Assembly (NCBI RefSeq): GCF_001194135.2
Contig: NC_068993.1
Span: 9,398,423-9,451,401 of the forward strand
From: Octopus bimaculoides
Taxonomy: Eukaryota
Direction: 5' to 3'
Length of the DNA: 52,979 bases
Position numbers and translations under genes: made by a program. Each line of letters opens with the position of its first letter. Within the stretch, counting starts at the first letter, position 1. Below, one piece after another: positions 24,175 to 38,239 of this stretch. The notes below the pieces were generated by a model. It saw only the letters and a list, made by a program, of their open reading frames with translations. It had not been told where the DNA came from and did not search any database.

Positions 24175-24380
24175 TAAAATCAGAGAATCTTCTGAATGCT
24201 AGTGGCCTAGTTCTCATGGCTGAATCTGTCAAAGAATTAGAGAACAAATTCCAAAGATGGAAGCAAAGCTGAGACTCAAGAGGTCTTAAAGGAAATCTAT
24301 GAAACACAAAAGTTTTAGTTTGCAGGAATAAAGCCAGAGAACTCTACTGCCACCTGGGAAGTAGCCATACTTGGCATATC
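24175..24380 (+). pseudogene. RTE reverse transcriptase fragment, decayed
   Basis: LLNASGLVLMAESVKELENKFQRWKQS.. corresponds to LLYADDLVLMAES..EL..KF..WK of RTE RT, with the catalytic YADD destroyed. Confidence 0.8.
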
Positions 24381-25079
24381 TTTCATCTTTTACTAGTTTC
24401 AATCATTGGACTACAGCCATGCTGGGGCACTGCCCTGAAGGGCTTTAGTTGAACAAATGAGTCTAGTACTTATTCTATTGGTTTCTTTTTGCTGAACTGC
24501 CAGGTCATGGGGATGTAAACAAACAAACAAACAGATATCAAGTGGTGGTGGTGGACAAAGACTTCTCTGTTCTGCAGTGTACAGAACAGAGAAGTCGTAC
24601 ATCATTCCTCCAAAGATTCCTTAAATAAGGGGTTTCCACAACGAAATATTGAAATACAAAGTAAAAGTACTAAGCATTGATTTTGTATTAATTTTTCTAA
24701 CTTACATTGTTTTGGCTTTATAAAAGTTTGTTTGTTTGTTTGTATGTATGTCATTTGGTTTATTTCAAGATTTCTTGCCAATAAAGAAAAAAACAGTTTC
24801 TAACCTAGATCCAAGGTTCCTTCATTGGAATTCCAACATCAACAACAGGGTATTTTTATTTGTATGTATGTATGTATGTATGTGCAGATTTGTATGTTTT
24901 ATGTATGTATTCTCATGTATATAGTTGTATATCTAGACATGCTCATATATATTTATATGATAAACTTCTGGAAAGTTTTACAGATTTTTATAGTTCCAGT
25001 GATGAACTGCATCTGTAGTCTTCGAATTAGCTTTCTCCTTTCTTGTTTTGAGAAGCCGGATTTCTCAAGATTGATATTT

Positions 25080-25310
25080 AGGCAGTGTGTTTGTATGTCT
25101 GTATGTATGTATGTGTCTTTGTGTTTGTTCTCCACCACCACTTGACAACCAGTGCTGGTAGCTGTAACATAGCAGTTCATCAAAAGAAACTAAAAGAATA
25201 AGTACCAGACTCAGAAAAAATAAGTACTTGGGTTGATTCATTCAACTAAAACTTCTTCAAGGTGGTGCCCCAGCATGGTCACAGTCTAACGAATGAAGCA
25301 AGCAAAAGAT
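25080..25310 (+). mobile_element. SINE family A, 3' half
   Basis: ccaccaccacttgacaacc..gaataagtacc..cttcaaggtggtgccccagcatgg. Confidence 0.8.
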
Positions 25311-25977
25311 GACAAATATTTAGTCAATCATCATGCTTTAACACTTTTGAGAACCACAAACATCATCTTTCTCTGATTAATGATATTAAATTATTATACC
25401 CAAAGAACAAGACAGAAGGTATGAAAAAAAAAAAAAGGGCCTTCAGTTTCTGCTTGTTTGTTTGCTTGATTGATTGAACTGATGTCTCTTAAGTGTATAT
25501 TCTGGCACCACAGAAATTCCCTGCAGTTAGGGAAGTTAGGCTTTTTTTTTTATCAGTGATTAATTAAACAACAAAAAAAAAAAAACCCTTTTGCATGAGT
25601 ATAAATTACTTTTCTGTAGTTTTCTTTCTTTTTACTTCATTATTTTTTTTTGTGGAGGGGGGAGTGATTGGGGAAGGAATAACAACTTACTTGGATATGC
25701 ACTCAATGAACTTTTAATGGAAACAAAATAAGTTACGAATACATACAGAAATAATCTAATGGAAACCTGAGTTACATGTACAAAAAAAAAAAAAAAGATA
25801 AACCCAGTCCTGCAAAATATAATATGCCAAGAAAATACGTTCCTATACACAAGTACATAGCAACGAGCTTGGCTTTTCTTTCTTTTTTGCAAATATTGGC
25901 TGCTATAATAAACAACAGTACGAAATACATTCAAATACAGGCACATATCTAGCTCTATCTACTTATATATATATATG

Positions 25978-26070
25978 CACAAAAGTGGCTGTGTGGTAAG
26001 AAGCTTGCTTCCCAACCACATAGTCCTGGGTTCAGTCCCACTGCATGGTACATTGGGCAAGTGTCTTCTA
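25978..26070 (+). mobile_element. SINE family A head, 3'-truncated
   Basis: gtggctgtgtggtaagaagcttgcttcccaaccacatagtcctgggttcagtcccactg..ttgggcaagtgtcttcta. Confidence 0.85.
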
Positions 26071-26159
26071 TTAGGTTATCAAGTATGAAATTTGTAGAAA
26101 AAAAACAGAAGTTTGCTAATATTTTATAAATACACACACATATATATATTTATATATAT

Positions 26160-26340
26160 ATATGGGAGAATATACGAAAAAACAACAACAGACGAGGACA
26201 GGTGGTGTAAATAACAAAAGGATGTATTAGTATGATGCTCGGGAATACGGAAAGTCTTTGACGTTTCGAGCTACGCTCTTCAACAGAAAGAATACGGAGA
26301 CAAGGAGAAAAACACGGAGAAAAAAAATTGAATAGTGTCC
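26160..26340 (-). mobile_element. Penelope-like terminal-repeat remnant containing a hammerhead motif
   Basis: CpG-retaining segment around gacgtttcgagctacgctcttcaacag, flanked by TA repeats. Confidence 0.6.
26255..26291 (-). ncRNA. Minimal type I hammerhead-like fold with an A6-to-U variant core
   Basis: UCUUU-CUGUUGA-A-GAGC(GUA)GCUC-GAAA-C-GUC-AAAGA: 5-bp helix I, 4-bp helix II, palindromic ACGU helix III. Confidence 0.65.
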
Positions 26341-26808
26341 AGTCTGGAATGACCATCAGAGATTGGCATAGATGCTGAGGCTTAGCATTTATAGCAACTC
26401 GAGAGGGTTTCAGTTGAATAATATCCAAGACCAGATAGGATGAAGTACACGACTGTTTTCTTGAATACATAGCAACGCAATTTCATTCATATACTGGTGA
26501 CTGTAATAGTTCATATTACAAAATATATTTGAATAATAATAGAGCAAATAAAATGTTTACACACAGTTACATAGCAACACAAGATTCTGTCAGATCACAA
26601 GAATCTTTAGCATGCTGGACAAAATGATTAGAGTCATTTCTTCTGTCTTAATTTTTTTGAGTTCAAATTCCACCAGGATTCTTTTCTTTATGCAGTTTTC
26701 TAGGATGATTTGGATTTAAGCATAAATTTTGGAAAAGATTTGAGAAATGCTGATGTTGTTCCAAGAGAAACAGACAAACATTAACTCCTGTTTTTGTGCA
26801 TATCTATA

Positions 26809-26895
<87 letters not shown>

Positions 26896-27631
26896 GCTTG
26901 TCTGTATGTGTATACGTGTATATAAATGTATGTATATGTAAACATGTTCACATACAACCGTGAAGAAAGAAAAGACAAAGATAAAGAAAAATAGATTGAA
27001 AAATTTAAAAAAAAATTTTTTTTTAATAAAAAAAAATCTCAAAGAAATTATACAACTCGTTTCAGTCAAGTTGAAAATTGCAAAATAAGTCTGAATTTAA
27101 ATGTAGATATTTTATGTTATGTGGGAACCTTTAATAGCCGACAGATAACGAATGTCTTTAATGAGTAGAATTGAGTCTTCCCATTGATGGAAATATATAG
27201 ACAATAAACATCTAGAGGGGGAAAAAAAAACTAAACAAAACATCGAGGTATTGACTGGATTGAATGAAGATTTGCCGTAAATAACTGCAAGGCTGATCTA
27301 TAAAAGATATCTGTATTGATGGGATTTTTAAAATTCTTTTTGTTGCTGTTGTTGTTGTTGTTTTTAAAAGTATTATGAAGCAGTTGGAATTTAAACTGAT
27401 TTAAAAAAAAGAAAAAAGAATAAAAAGAAAATATGTGAAGAGAATGATGTTGTAATAATTTCAAAGGCTGAAAAATACGATATGGTCATGAAGAACTCAA
27501 GTAGAAACGTATCTCATGTCAGCAGTCTTTTTCCCCCTTGTCTTTCTTTTACAGTGTGTAGGTATGTACTTCCATAAAAATAACATACACACGCACAAAT
27601 ATATATACACATAAATACACATGCAGACATA

Positions 27632-27696
<65 letters not shown>

Positions 27697-27889
27697 GTGG
27701 ACAAACAAAAGAAAAAGGCACTCAACATATTTAGTAGGAGTCACATGTCTTCTTTAAAACAGTTTGATTCGGCTCCATGCGACTTAAAGTTTCACGGGCT
27801 TCTGACAGAAACCCATCTCTTTCAGGCTTAGATTACTGAATTATATAAAATAATTAATAGTGATAGAAGCAGTATCAATGCCAAAACAT

Positions 27890-28075
27890 AATATCTATTC
27901 CCACTTACTGGTGGTGAGGGTTAGTCAATTACATCAACCCCCATTACTCAACTGATATTTATTTTATTGACATTAGAAAAATGGAAGGCAAAGTTGATCT
28001 CAGGACACAGAGAATGGGAAGAAATGTCATTAAGCATTTTTGTCTGACATATTAATAAATCTGCCAGCTCACTGT

Positions 28076-28122
<47 letters not shown>

Positions 28123-28325
28123 CCTTTCTACTATAGGCACAAGGCCTGAAATTTGATGGGAGGGGGCTAGTCAATTACATTGGCCCCAGTGTTTCACTGG
28201 TACTTAATTTATCAACCCTGAAAGGCAGATGTGACCTCAGCAAAATCTGAACTCAGAACATAAAAATAGACAAAATGCTGCTAAGCATTTTTCCCAGTGA
28301 GCTAACAGGTCTGCCATCTTGCCTA
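27890..28325 (-). mobile_element. Two SINE family B copies separated by (AAT)n
   Basis: cctttctactataggcacaaggcctgaaattt..gaactcagaac..aagcattt. Confidence 0.8.
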
Positions 28326-28670
28326 CTACTACTACAATAATAATAATAATAATCATGATGGTCACTCCGACTGATTTGGATGTGTGAGTATTTGGAGGAA
28401 TGGATTAAAAACAAAAAAAGAAATGGATTTAAAAATAACGATTCATGAACTTGCTATGGATGAGTGAATGGAATTTGAGATTAGGTATGTAATTGGCTGC
28501 CAAGACCCAATAATAATAACCCTTTCTACTATAGGCAAAAGGCCTGAAATTCTAGGGAAGGGGGTTAGTCGTTCACATGAACACCAGTATTCAGGGCTCA
28601 ACTGCTACTTATTTCATCAATGATGAGAGGCAATGACTACCATTGTGGTAATCGAACTCAAGGTTCAAAG

Positions 28671-29000
28671 CAGGGCTGGCCAACCTGAGGCCCGTGGGCC
28701 ACATGCAGCCCACAGACTTTTATCTTGTGGCCCACTTGATACTTTCTTGAAATGGGTTTATTTAAACAAACATTTAAAAAATTATATCAAAAATTAAGGA
28801 TTGTAATGAAAAGAAAAAAGAAAGATACTACTGTTTTTGCAATGATAATATTTCATGTTGACTCAACGATCATCCATTCATTATTGTAATAATAGCATGG
28901 GAAAGCAAAATGCTTTCAATTCTGTCAGTATATAAGCGGCCCTGAAAAACCTTTCTGTGATTAAAGTGACCTGCAATGTAATTTGAGTTGGTCAGGCCTG
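28671..29000. mobile_element. hAT (Charlie-like) MITE of 330 bp, nested in a SINE B copy
   Basis: TIRs cagggctggccaac / gttggtcaggcctg; 8-bp TSD GTTCAAAG (28663-28670) and GTTTAAAG (29001-29008); subterminal ggcccgtgggccacatgcagccc. Confidence 0.85.
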
Positions 29001-29094
29001 GTTTAAAGTGTTGGAAGAGATACTGCGAAGCATTTTGTCCACTGATCTAATGAGACTACTTAACCACTAGTCTATCATAATAATAATAATAATA

Positions 29095-29312
29095 ATAATC
29101 CTTTCTACTAGGGGCACAAGGTATGCAATTTAGGGGAGGGGGATAGTCGATTTCATTGACCCAGTGTGTAACTGGTACTTATTTCATCGACCCCGAAAGG
29201 ATGAAAGGCAAAGTCAATCTCGGCAGGATTTGAGCTCAGAACGTAAAAGATGGATGAAATACCACCAAGTATTTTTTCCCAGCATGCTAACGATTCTGCT
29301 AGCTCAATGCCT
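29095..29312 (-). mobile_element. SINE family B, well preserved
   Basis: cctttctact..ggtacttatttcatcgaccccgaaaggatgaaaggcaaagtcaatctcggcaggatttgagctcagaacg. Confidence 0.88.
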
Positions 29313-29763
29313 TAATAATAACAACAACAACAACAATAACAACAGCAAATAAGTCTTAAATACAATTAGCATGAAAAATAAATACAGAAACAAAGAAACA
29401 GACAGGTAATTTGAAAATTGTATTTCACATTTGTACATTCATACCTGCAACAATCACAACCAACCTCCCTGGTAGAGAAAAAAAAATTATAAACATTTGC
29501 AATAAATCCTTTCCAAAATAACTGTGCATTAATTTTGTTAATAGAATAAGTTAGTATGTGTACATACATACAATGTATATGAATGTATATGCATATATAC
29601 ACATACAACCATACATCCATATGTACATATCTATATATATATATATATATATTTATATTCGTCTATTTAAAGATGAACACACTACAAACATATATATAGA
29701 ATGTATCAAGATATATGTGCACACTCATGCACATACACACACATGCAAATATATACATATGCC

Positions 29764-29873
<110 letters not shown>

Positions 29874-30343
29874 ACATTGTGTTGAGCCACAGAAGACTAT
29901 ATTGTACAATAAAAAAAATAACAAAATCAATAAAAATGAAACAATTTGTAAAGTTAAGGAATGGGAATGAAAAAATAAAACAATAAAAAATGAAAAAAAA
30001 AAATGAAAAAAAAAAAAATGAAAGTTTTAAAGATAATTTATTGATTTCGAGATAAGAATATGAAGCAAATTGTAAACAGTGAAGAAAATGAAATAAGTAA
30101 ATAAAATATAAATAAATAAAGAAAGAAAGAAAGAAATTTTAGTGAAAGTTTTTATAGAATAAAAACATTAATGACAAAAAAATTGATAAATAGAAAAATA
30201 AAATTTAGTAATGCTAAATGTTCTGAAGGTAGAAATCTTATTTGAAAAGTAACCATATAAAGATAATAGAAATACAATTCTTATGAAAAAAGGGGAAAAA
30301 AATAGCCCCTTTCCTAAATAATTAGGATTTAGAATAATAGCGA

Positions 30344-30625
30344 AGGTGCGTGGCTTAGTGGTAAGGGTATTTGGCACATGGTCATAAGGTTGTGAGTTCA
30401 ATTGCTGGTGGCCCACTCACCTGGCAGAAATGAGTTGTACCTGTAAGTCTAAGGGGCCAGCCCTGTCACATTGTGTGTCACGCTGAATCCCTGAGAACTA
30501 TGTTACGGGTGCATGTGTCTATGGGGTACTCAACCACTCTGCACATCAATTTCATGAGCATTCTGCTGGGTTGATCGGATCAAATTGAACCCTTGCCATG
30601 GTAACCGACAGAGCGCCAGGTTTTT
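30344..30625 (+). mobile_element. SINE with an E-like head and the family D 3' tail
   Basis: gtggcttagtggtaagg..gagttcaatt, then ggggccagccctgtcacattgtgtgtcacgctgaatccctgagaacta..gttgatcggatcaa. Confidence 0.7.
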
Positions 30626-30644
30626 TCCCCCATCACAAGATTTA

Positions 30645-30678
<34 letters not shown>

Positions 30679-32039
30679 GTAATAATGCCTGACACATGCA
30701 AGAAGCCAGAATATTTGGTGGGGAAGATGAAATCAGTTGATTAAATTGAACCCAATACTTGACTGACGTTTTACTTGCCAACCCCAGGATAAAATGACTT
30801 CAGCAAGATTTGAACTCAGAATGTAAAGAACCACAACAAATCTAGCAAAGTATTTTGGGGGAGACAAGGCTTTGGTCAGCTTGAGGCTCTAGTAGAAGAC
30901 ACTTGCCCAAGGCGCCACACAGTGGGACTGAACCCAGAACCATGTGGTTGGGAAGCAAGCTTCTTAATACACAGCCACACCTGTGCCTATGTTTCTTCCT
31001 TTTTTTTTTAAAGTCTGGTGGCAAGGGTACAAAGACCCCCACACACAATGGGCTTCTATAGTTTGTCAACCAATTTCACTCCCAAGGCACTGGTCAGTGC
31101 AGGACTAAAGAAGATATTTCACAAAAGTGTGACACAGTGGGACTGAACCTGAAACCATGTGATAACAACGCAAGCTTCTTCACCAAACAACCATGCCTAC
31201 AGACACATACTCACTCACACACACACACAGACAGAGGTGCCTTTCATATCTTTGAAGAGAATTTATCTCTTCAATAACATCTAGTGTAAAGAGCTTGACA
31301 CAGAAAACTGAGTTCACGCCTGTTTAACATTAATCCAACCCTCTCCTCGGAAACACCCCATTCCCCAAAATATCACAAGAACAAATGAACGACATTATAA
31401 AACTAGTTAAAAGAGATTTGCTTCTAGTTAAATTCTCTTTGGATTAAAGAAGGATTATAATGATTCAGCAATTTATTATCTGAAAAGCAATCACCTGATT
31501 ATATTTAGACACAGAATCCATGGCAAAATTTGCAGTGAGATTACCTCACATTTTTTACTACTAGTTTGTGGTGACATATATACTAAAAATAAAATGATTA
31601 TCTTTCAGTTTAATACGAATTAATACTATACAGTAACTATCTCTTAAATCTCTTAAATTCCCCATTAGGATAAGCTGCAGTTAAATACAATTTCTAAGAA
31701 TACTAGTTGAATACCATATCAGCAGTGCAAGCAAACTTTGATAAAAGCCATTACACACACACACAATGAGTTTTGGTTCATCAAATTGTTTTTGTCTGTG
31801 TCTAGTCTGTCAAAGAGAAAAAAAAAAAAAAAATTGATGCTACAACTTCATGGTTGAGTGATGAGCTTTTAGAAAGTGAATTCAGCCGTGAAAATATATA
31901 CAGGTGTTCCTTGCTTGATATGGTGAAGTGATTCTGTGAATCATTGTGCAAATCGAAATAGTGTATGTTTTTTTAAATTCAATTGGAAATAATAAATACA
32001 ATTTTTGTGCAGGTTTGTGTGTGTGCATGTGTCTCTGTG

Positions 32040-32670
32040 CCAGTGCTACATAAAAGGCACTTATGCCATTGCCATATAAAAAGCCCTTGTGCTAGTACCA
32101 TGTTAAAAGTACCCAGCACACACTGTAAAGTGGTTGGCATTAGGAAGGGCATCCAACCAGAGAAACCAAGCCAAATCAGACTGGATTCTGCTCAGCTTGC
32201 CAGCTCTGGTCAATCTGTCCAACCCATACCAGCATGGAAAGCAGACATTAAAGGATGATGATGATAATATAGTGACCTGACTGGTGCTGGTGCCAAAAAG
32301 AAATACACAGTACATTCTGTAGTGGTTGGCACCAGGAAGGGCTTCCAGTGGTAGGAACCATGCTAAAACGGACATTGGTGCTCTGTGCAGTTCTCTGGTT
32401 CGTTATTGCCTGCTCATCCATCCGACCCATGAGGGCATCAAAACTGTACAAAAGTGATCTTGTGCAAACTAAGTATTGTGTAAACTGAGAAGGCACAGCC
32501 AAGCAAAGTTGGATGTTCAAGAGACAACTGGCACTAGGAAGGGCATCCAGCCATAGAAACCAGACCAAAATGGACAACTCGAGCCGGGTGCAGCTCTGCA
32601 GCTTACCAGTCCTGGTCAAGCTGTCTAACCCAGACCAGCTTGGAAAACAGATGTATGACGATGATGAGGA
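32040..32670. mobile_element. Cluster of three RTE 3' ends in +/-/+ orientation
   Basis: ggcattaggaagggcatcc on + (32135), reversed copy at 32268-32440, ggcactaggaagggcatcc on + (32530). Confidence 0.75.
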
Positions 32671-32674
32671 TATG

Positions 32675-33062
32675 TATCTTTTATCTTTTGTGTGTTTCAG
32701 TTACTAGACTGTGGCCATACTGGGGTACTACCTTAAAGAATTTTTAGTTGAATTAATCAACCCCAGTACTTTTTTAAAGCCTGGTACTTATTCTATCAAT
32801 CTCTTTTGCTGAACCACTAAGTTACGAGGATGTAGACACACCAACACCAGTTGTCAAGTGGGGGTAGAAGAAAATGAAAACGCGGCACACACAAACACAC
32901 ACGACGGGCTTCTTTCAGTTTCCATTTACTAAATTCACTAACAAGAATTTGGTCAGCCCGAGGCTGTAGTAGAAGACAATTGCCCCAACTATCACACAAT
33001 GGGACTGAACTTGGAACCATGTGGTTGGGAATCAAGCTTCTTACCAAACAGCTATGCCTGTG
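32675..33062 (-). mobile_element. SINE family A, near full length
   Basis: Tail, short CA array and head all present. Confidence 0.88.
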
Positions 33063-33100
33063 TTTATATATATATTTATTTACATGTAACTGACTAACGA

Positions 33101-33289
33101 CAGAAGCCAATTATTGGTATTTTGAATACATTTAATGAAACGCATGTTTCAAGTGGTTCTGTATACAGGAACAAATTTGAAATTATCAAGGTGTTTCTCT
33201 TGAAATGTCCAAGCAAAGTGGATAACTACATAAGCACTTGAAATGTGTGTATTATTAAATGTAATCGATATACAAATAATTGGCTTCTG
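33101..33289. mobile_element. Fold-back MITE-like element with ~55-bp imperfect TIRs
   Basis: Left cagaagccaattattggtattttgaatacatttaat..tttcaagtg; right end reverse complement cagaagccaattatttgtatatcgattacatttaat..tttcaagtg. Confidence 0.75.
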
Positions 33290-33344
33290 TTATTATTCAA
33301 ATATTATGGGAGTCGTGTTTCTGATTCCCTAGCCTACCTTTTAC

Positions 33345-33728
33345 TCCTTTACTCTTTTACTTGTTTCAGTCATTTGACTGCGGCCATGCTGGAGCACCAC
33401 CTTTAGTCGAACAAATCGACCCCATGACTTATTCTTTGTAAGCCTAGTACTTATTCTATCGGTCTCTTTTGCCGAACCGCTAAGTTACGGGGACGTAAAC
33501 ACACCAGCATCGGTTGTCAAGCGATGGTGAGGGACTAACACAGACACACACATTTACATATATATATATACATATATACGACGGGTTTCTTTCAGTTTCC
33601 GTCTACCAAATCCACTCACAAGGCTTTGGTCGGCCCGAGGCTATAGCAGAAGACACTTGCCCAAGGTGCCACGCAGTGAGACTGAACTCGGAACCATGTG
33701 GCTGGTAAGCAAGCTACTTACCACACGC
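33345..33728 (-). mobile_element. SINE family A, very young copy with CpGs retained
   Basis: gactgcggccatgctggagc..gccgaaccgctaagttacggggacg..ggtcggcccgagg; head truncated after cttaccacac. Confidence 0.92.
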
Positions 33729-35853
33729 GAAAAGCAAATTATCAAGAAAAAGGAGAATGAAAATGTTTTTTTTACAAGAAGTACAAAATGAAGAAAATAA
33801 TATATAAAACAATAATATATAAAAAAAATAAATATACCCATACATTATATTGTCTTTGAGCTTTTGAAGCTCAATAGTAGTTCATGTATAAACTGGTAGG
33901 AAAAATAAGGATGCATGAGAGTTTTGTTAGGTTTTGAAAAAAGGGTTAAAAGTTTATATATATATATGATTGCAGGCAAACTAATGGACAGAACCTACTG
34001 CATCTTCTTTATCTACATGTGTTGTTCATTACCTCTTCACCAGGAATCTGGCAGAAATGGCATTGAACCCCTTCTCGCTATAGCAGGGACACAGCATGAT
34101 AGGGTTCAATGAACTTCATTTCTTGATGAATAAAATCGTTTCATAGACCCTAAAAGAATGAAAGCAAAATTGGCTTAGGATTTGAACTCAGATTGTACAG
34201 GACTAGAAATACTGCAGGAGTGGTACACTAATGTTTTTTTTGCAATCTCCTGCCACTGCCCTGTATAACTGACAAGTGTTGTTTTGTTGACTCGCTATCT
34301 GGAACACACATCATTTCAGAGACTGAAAGAATTCAACTGGAAGGAAGCCATTTAAATATATCTTTATTTGGAGATGAATATGCTTTCTATTGGAATCTAA
34401 ATGCCAAAATAACCCATTGTTCTCTGCAGCAGCAGTAGCTGCTGTCGCTGTCAGTGTCCCCACCAACACCACCATTATCATTTTAAAGTCCGTTTTTCTG
34501 TGCTGCTATAAGTTGTACAGGTTTGCAACACACAAGTTCACTTCTCATTTTAATCACCACCATCTTTTCCTATGACTCCTAGTATCTTGACAACATTCCT
34601 ACTACTACTTGCATTTTCTTCAGTCTCCCACCCAACCCCATCTCATGCCAATTCCATTTTGCAATGTCCATAAGCAGAATTACTTAGATCAAGCATTCAC
34701 TACATATACCACCAAGCATCACTACATATACCGCCATACCAGTACATGTTTCTCCTTCAGTCAATGAAGGCCAGCTAATCTCCAAAGCCCAGCTAATCTG
34801 TTGGCTTACTTTATAACCATCATCATTTCATGTCCACCTACCATATTGGTATGGATTAGACAAACCATCATGGTCTTAGTCAGTTCTTATATGAACTTCT
34901 TTTTTACTATGATTAGTGGGTCATTTTATTTTGGCATTGTTTCTAGGGCAGGATGCCCTTTCTAACATCAGCCACTTTCAAAATGCATTGCATGCACTTT
35001 CTCATTTACTCGTTTCAGTCATTTGAGAAATAGGAAAAAATAAAGGTGTGAAGCCACCAAAAGGTCCAGTCCTTGATGTGCTGTGTTGGGTTGTGGGCCT
35101 CAATGACCCTGAGAGCCATGCCAGTGCAGGACAAGATCCTGGTCAAAGGACAGGGGCCAGACCAATATGGACCATCCCTTCCAAAAGATTAAAAATAGGT
35201 TAGTGTAGAGCCAACACCCTTACCTAGAATCAAATAAAAAAAAGTCAAGTTATATAAGCATTTGTGATAGTTCAAAACAAGACGAGGAGGGGGAGGAGAG
35301 GAGGAGGACCTTTCTTCAGAGAACCATATGATGCAGTGCAGGGAAATCTGAAAGGAAACTAACATCGTACACTATCGTACACATCGGGCTCTGATCTGAA
35401 ACCTACAAGGGAGGCAGAAAGAGAGGATGTCCCCCAAAATAGCTAGAGATAGGATACTTAGACTCCAAAATGCAGGGGTCTATGAGGAGAGAGAGAGAGA
35501 AAGAGAGAGCAAAAAAGACAGCTCAGAGTTGAGAACAATGGCAGAACGATAATGATGTCCTGTACTCGTTAGTGGATGGAAGGTTCATGCAAAAGCACAG
35601 ATATAAATGCATTTGTTAATGCATGTGCGCATACAACTAAGTATTTGTATGTGCTGCACATGATTCTGAATTCATCAACAACTATGAAGCTGTTAGCTGA
35701 AGTTTTTACATACTAGCATAGATTCTCAGACAACAATATACACAATATACGCACATGTGGATGTATAAGTGTACATGCATGTGTATGTGCCTGCATAGCT
35801 ATCAGCGTTATGCAAACACACACACTATATATATATGTGTGTGTGGGTCTGTG

Positions 35854-35891
<38 letters not shown>

Positions 35892-36059
35892 AATGCAAGG
35901 GCCTCTGATGCTCTACATTTTAAATAAAGAACAGTACTTGCAGTCTCTTATTGTCAATTCCGCAATCAGATTCGGGTGGAGGAGTGATGGGGGTGGGGGC
36001 AAGAGAATGAAACAAGAACCTTCACTGACACCGTTTATGAAGTTTCTGAGCAGAGCACG

Positions 36060-36280
36060 AGGCTTAGGGGGTGGGGGTGGAGGGAGATGAGAACTGAACG
36101 AGAGGGGAGAAATGAATGGGAGAAAAAGAGAGAGAGAGAGAGAGAGAGAGAGGAGGGTAAATGAGAAAGTGATAGAGAGAGAGAGAGGTAGAAAGAGGGA
36201 GAGGTAAAGAGAATGAGTGAAGAAGGGTGAGTAAAAGAGAGCGAATAAGATGGGAGATGAGAGAGAGAGAGAGAGACTGT
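36060..36280. repeat. Polypurine (GA-rich) tract with a G-run start
   Basis: Almost entirely G and A on the + strand. Confidence 0.85.
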
Positions 36281-36529
36281 GCCAAATATAGCTGTCCACC
36301 CCCACCGCCACAAGCATCATAACCAAAGTCAAGTCATCACCCCCAATATACCAAGTAGACACTGAGGAATGTCAAGAGATTGTCATCACCGTCATCGTTG
36401 TCATCACCATCATCATCATCATAGTCATCACTCCTAATGCCGTCGTTCAAGGACATTGCAACCTTACCAGCATACAGTTAGTCTTCCAAACAATTGCCAC
36501 ATAACCGCGGTGAGCTATTGCTTATCTTA

Positions 36530-37820
<1,291 letters not shown>

Positions 37821-38069
37821 GCAGAACTTACATATATTTAGCATGTGAGCCAATTAGCAAAACAACTCAGTAAGTTTTGTTGTATGGTTTTTTTTCTTCT
37901 CTCCCTCCCCCCCACCTCCCCACCTCCATGCAATTTCTCTTTTACTTTTTCCTCAAAAAATATTAATTGTGTGTGTGTGTGTGTGTGTGTGTGGAGGGGA
38001 ATTACGTAATAAAGCTGTTATTGCAAAACAAAACTTCCAAAATCTGGAAATAAAAGGAAAGGAGAAGGG

Positions 38070-38108
<39 letters not shown>

Positions 38109-38239
38109 AGAAAAAAATTAATCTTAAATTAAGGCGAGGAATTTATATATAGTAAAAGAAGAAAAAAATGACAAATAAATGAATAGATAAATGAATAAAT
38201 AAGGCAAAGGTACTGAATAGGCAAACAGGAAATGTAACC

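Noticed and set aside
25800-26520. Shared tacatagcaacg 12-mer and TM-like frames at ~25855 and ~26465
   Set aside because: Only a 12-bp match; frames close quickly on both strands
27740-27830. Protein-like frame PERDGFLSEARETLSRMEPNQTVLKK on the minus strand
   Set aside because: No convincing in-frame acceptor or donor
31899-31960. TA-CAGGTGTTCC.. Tigger-like terminus
   Set aside because: Single short end; no partner TIR found
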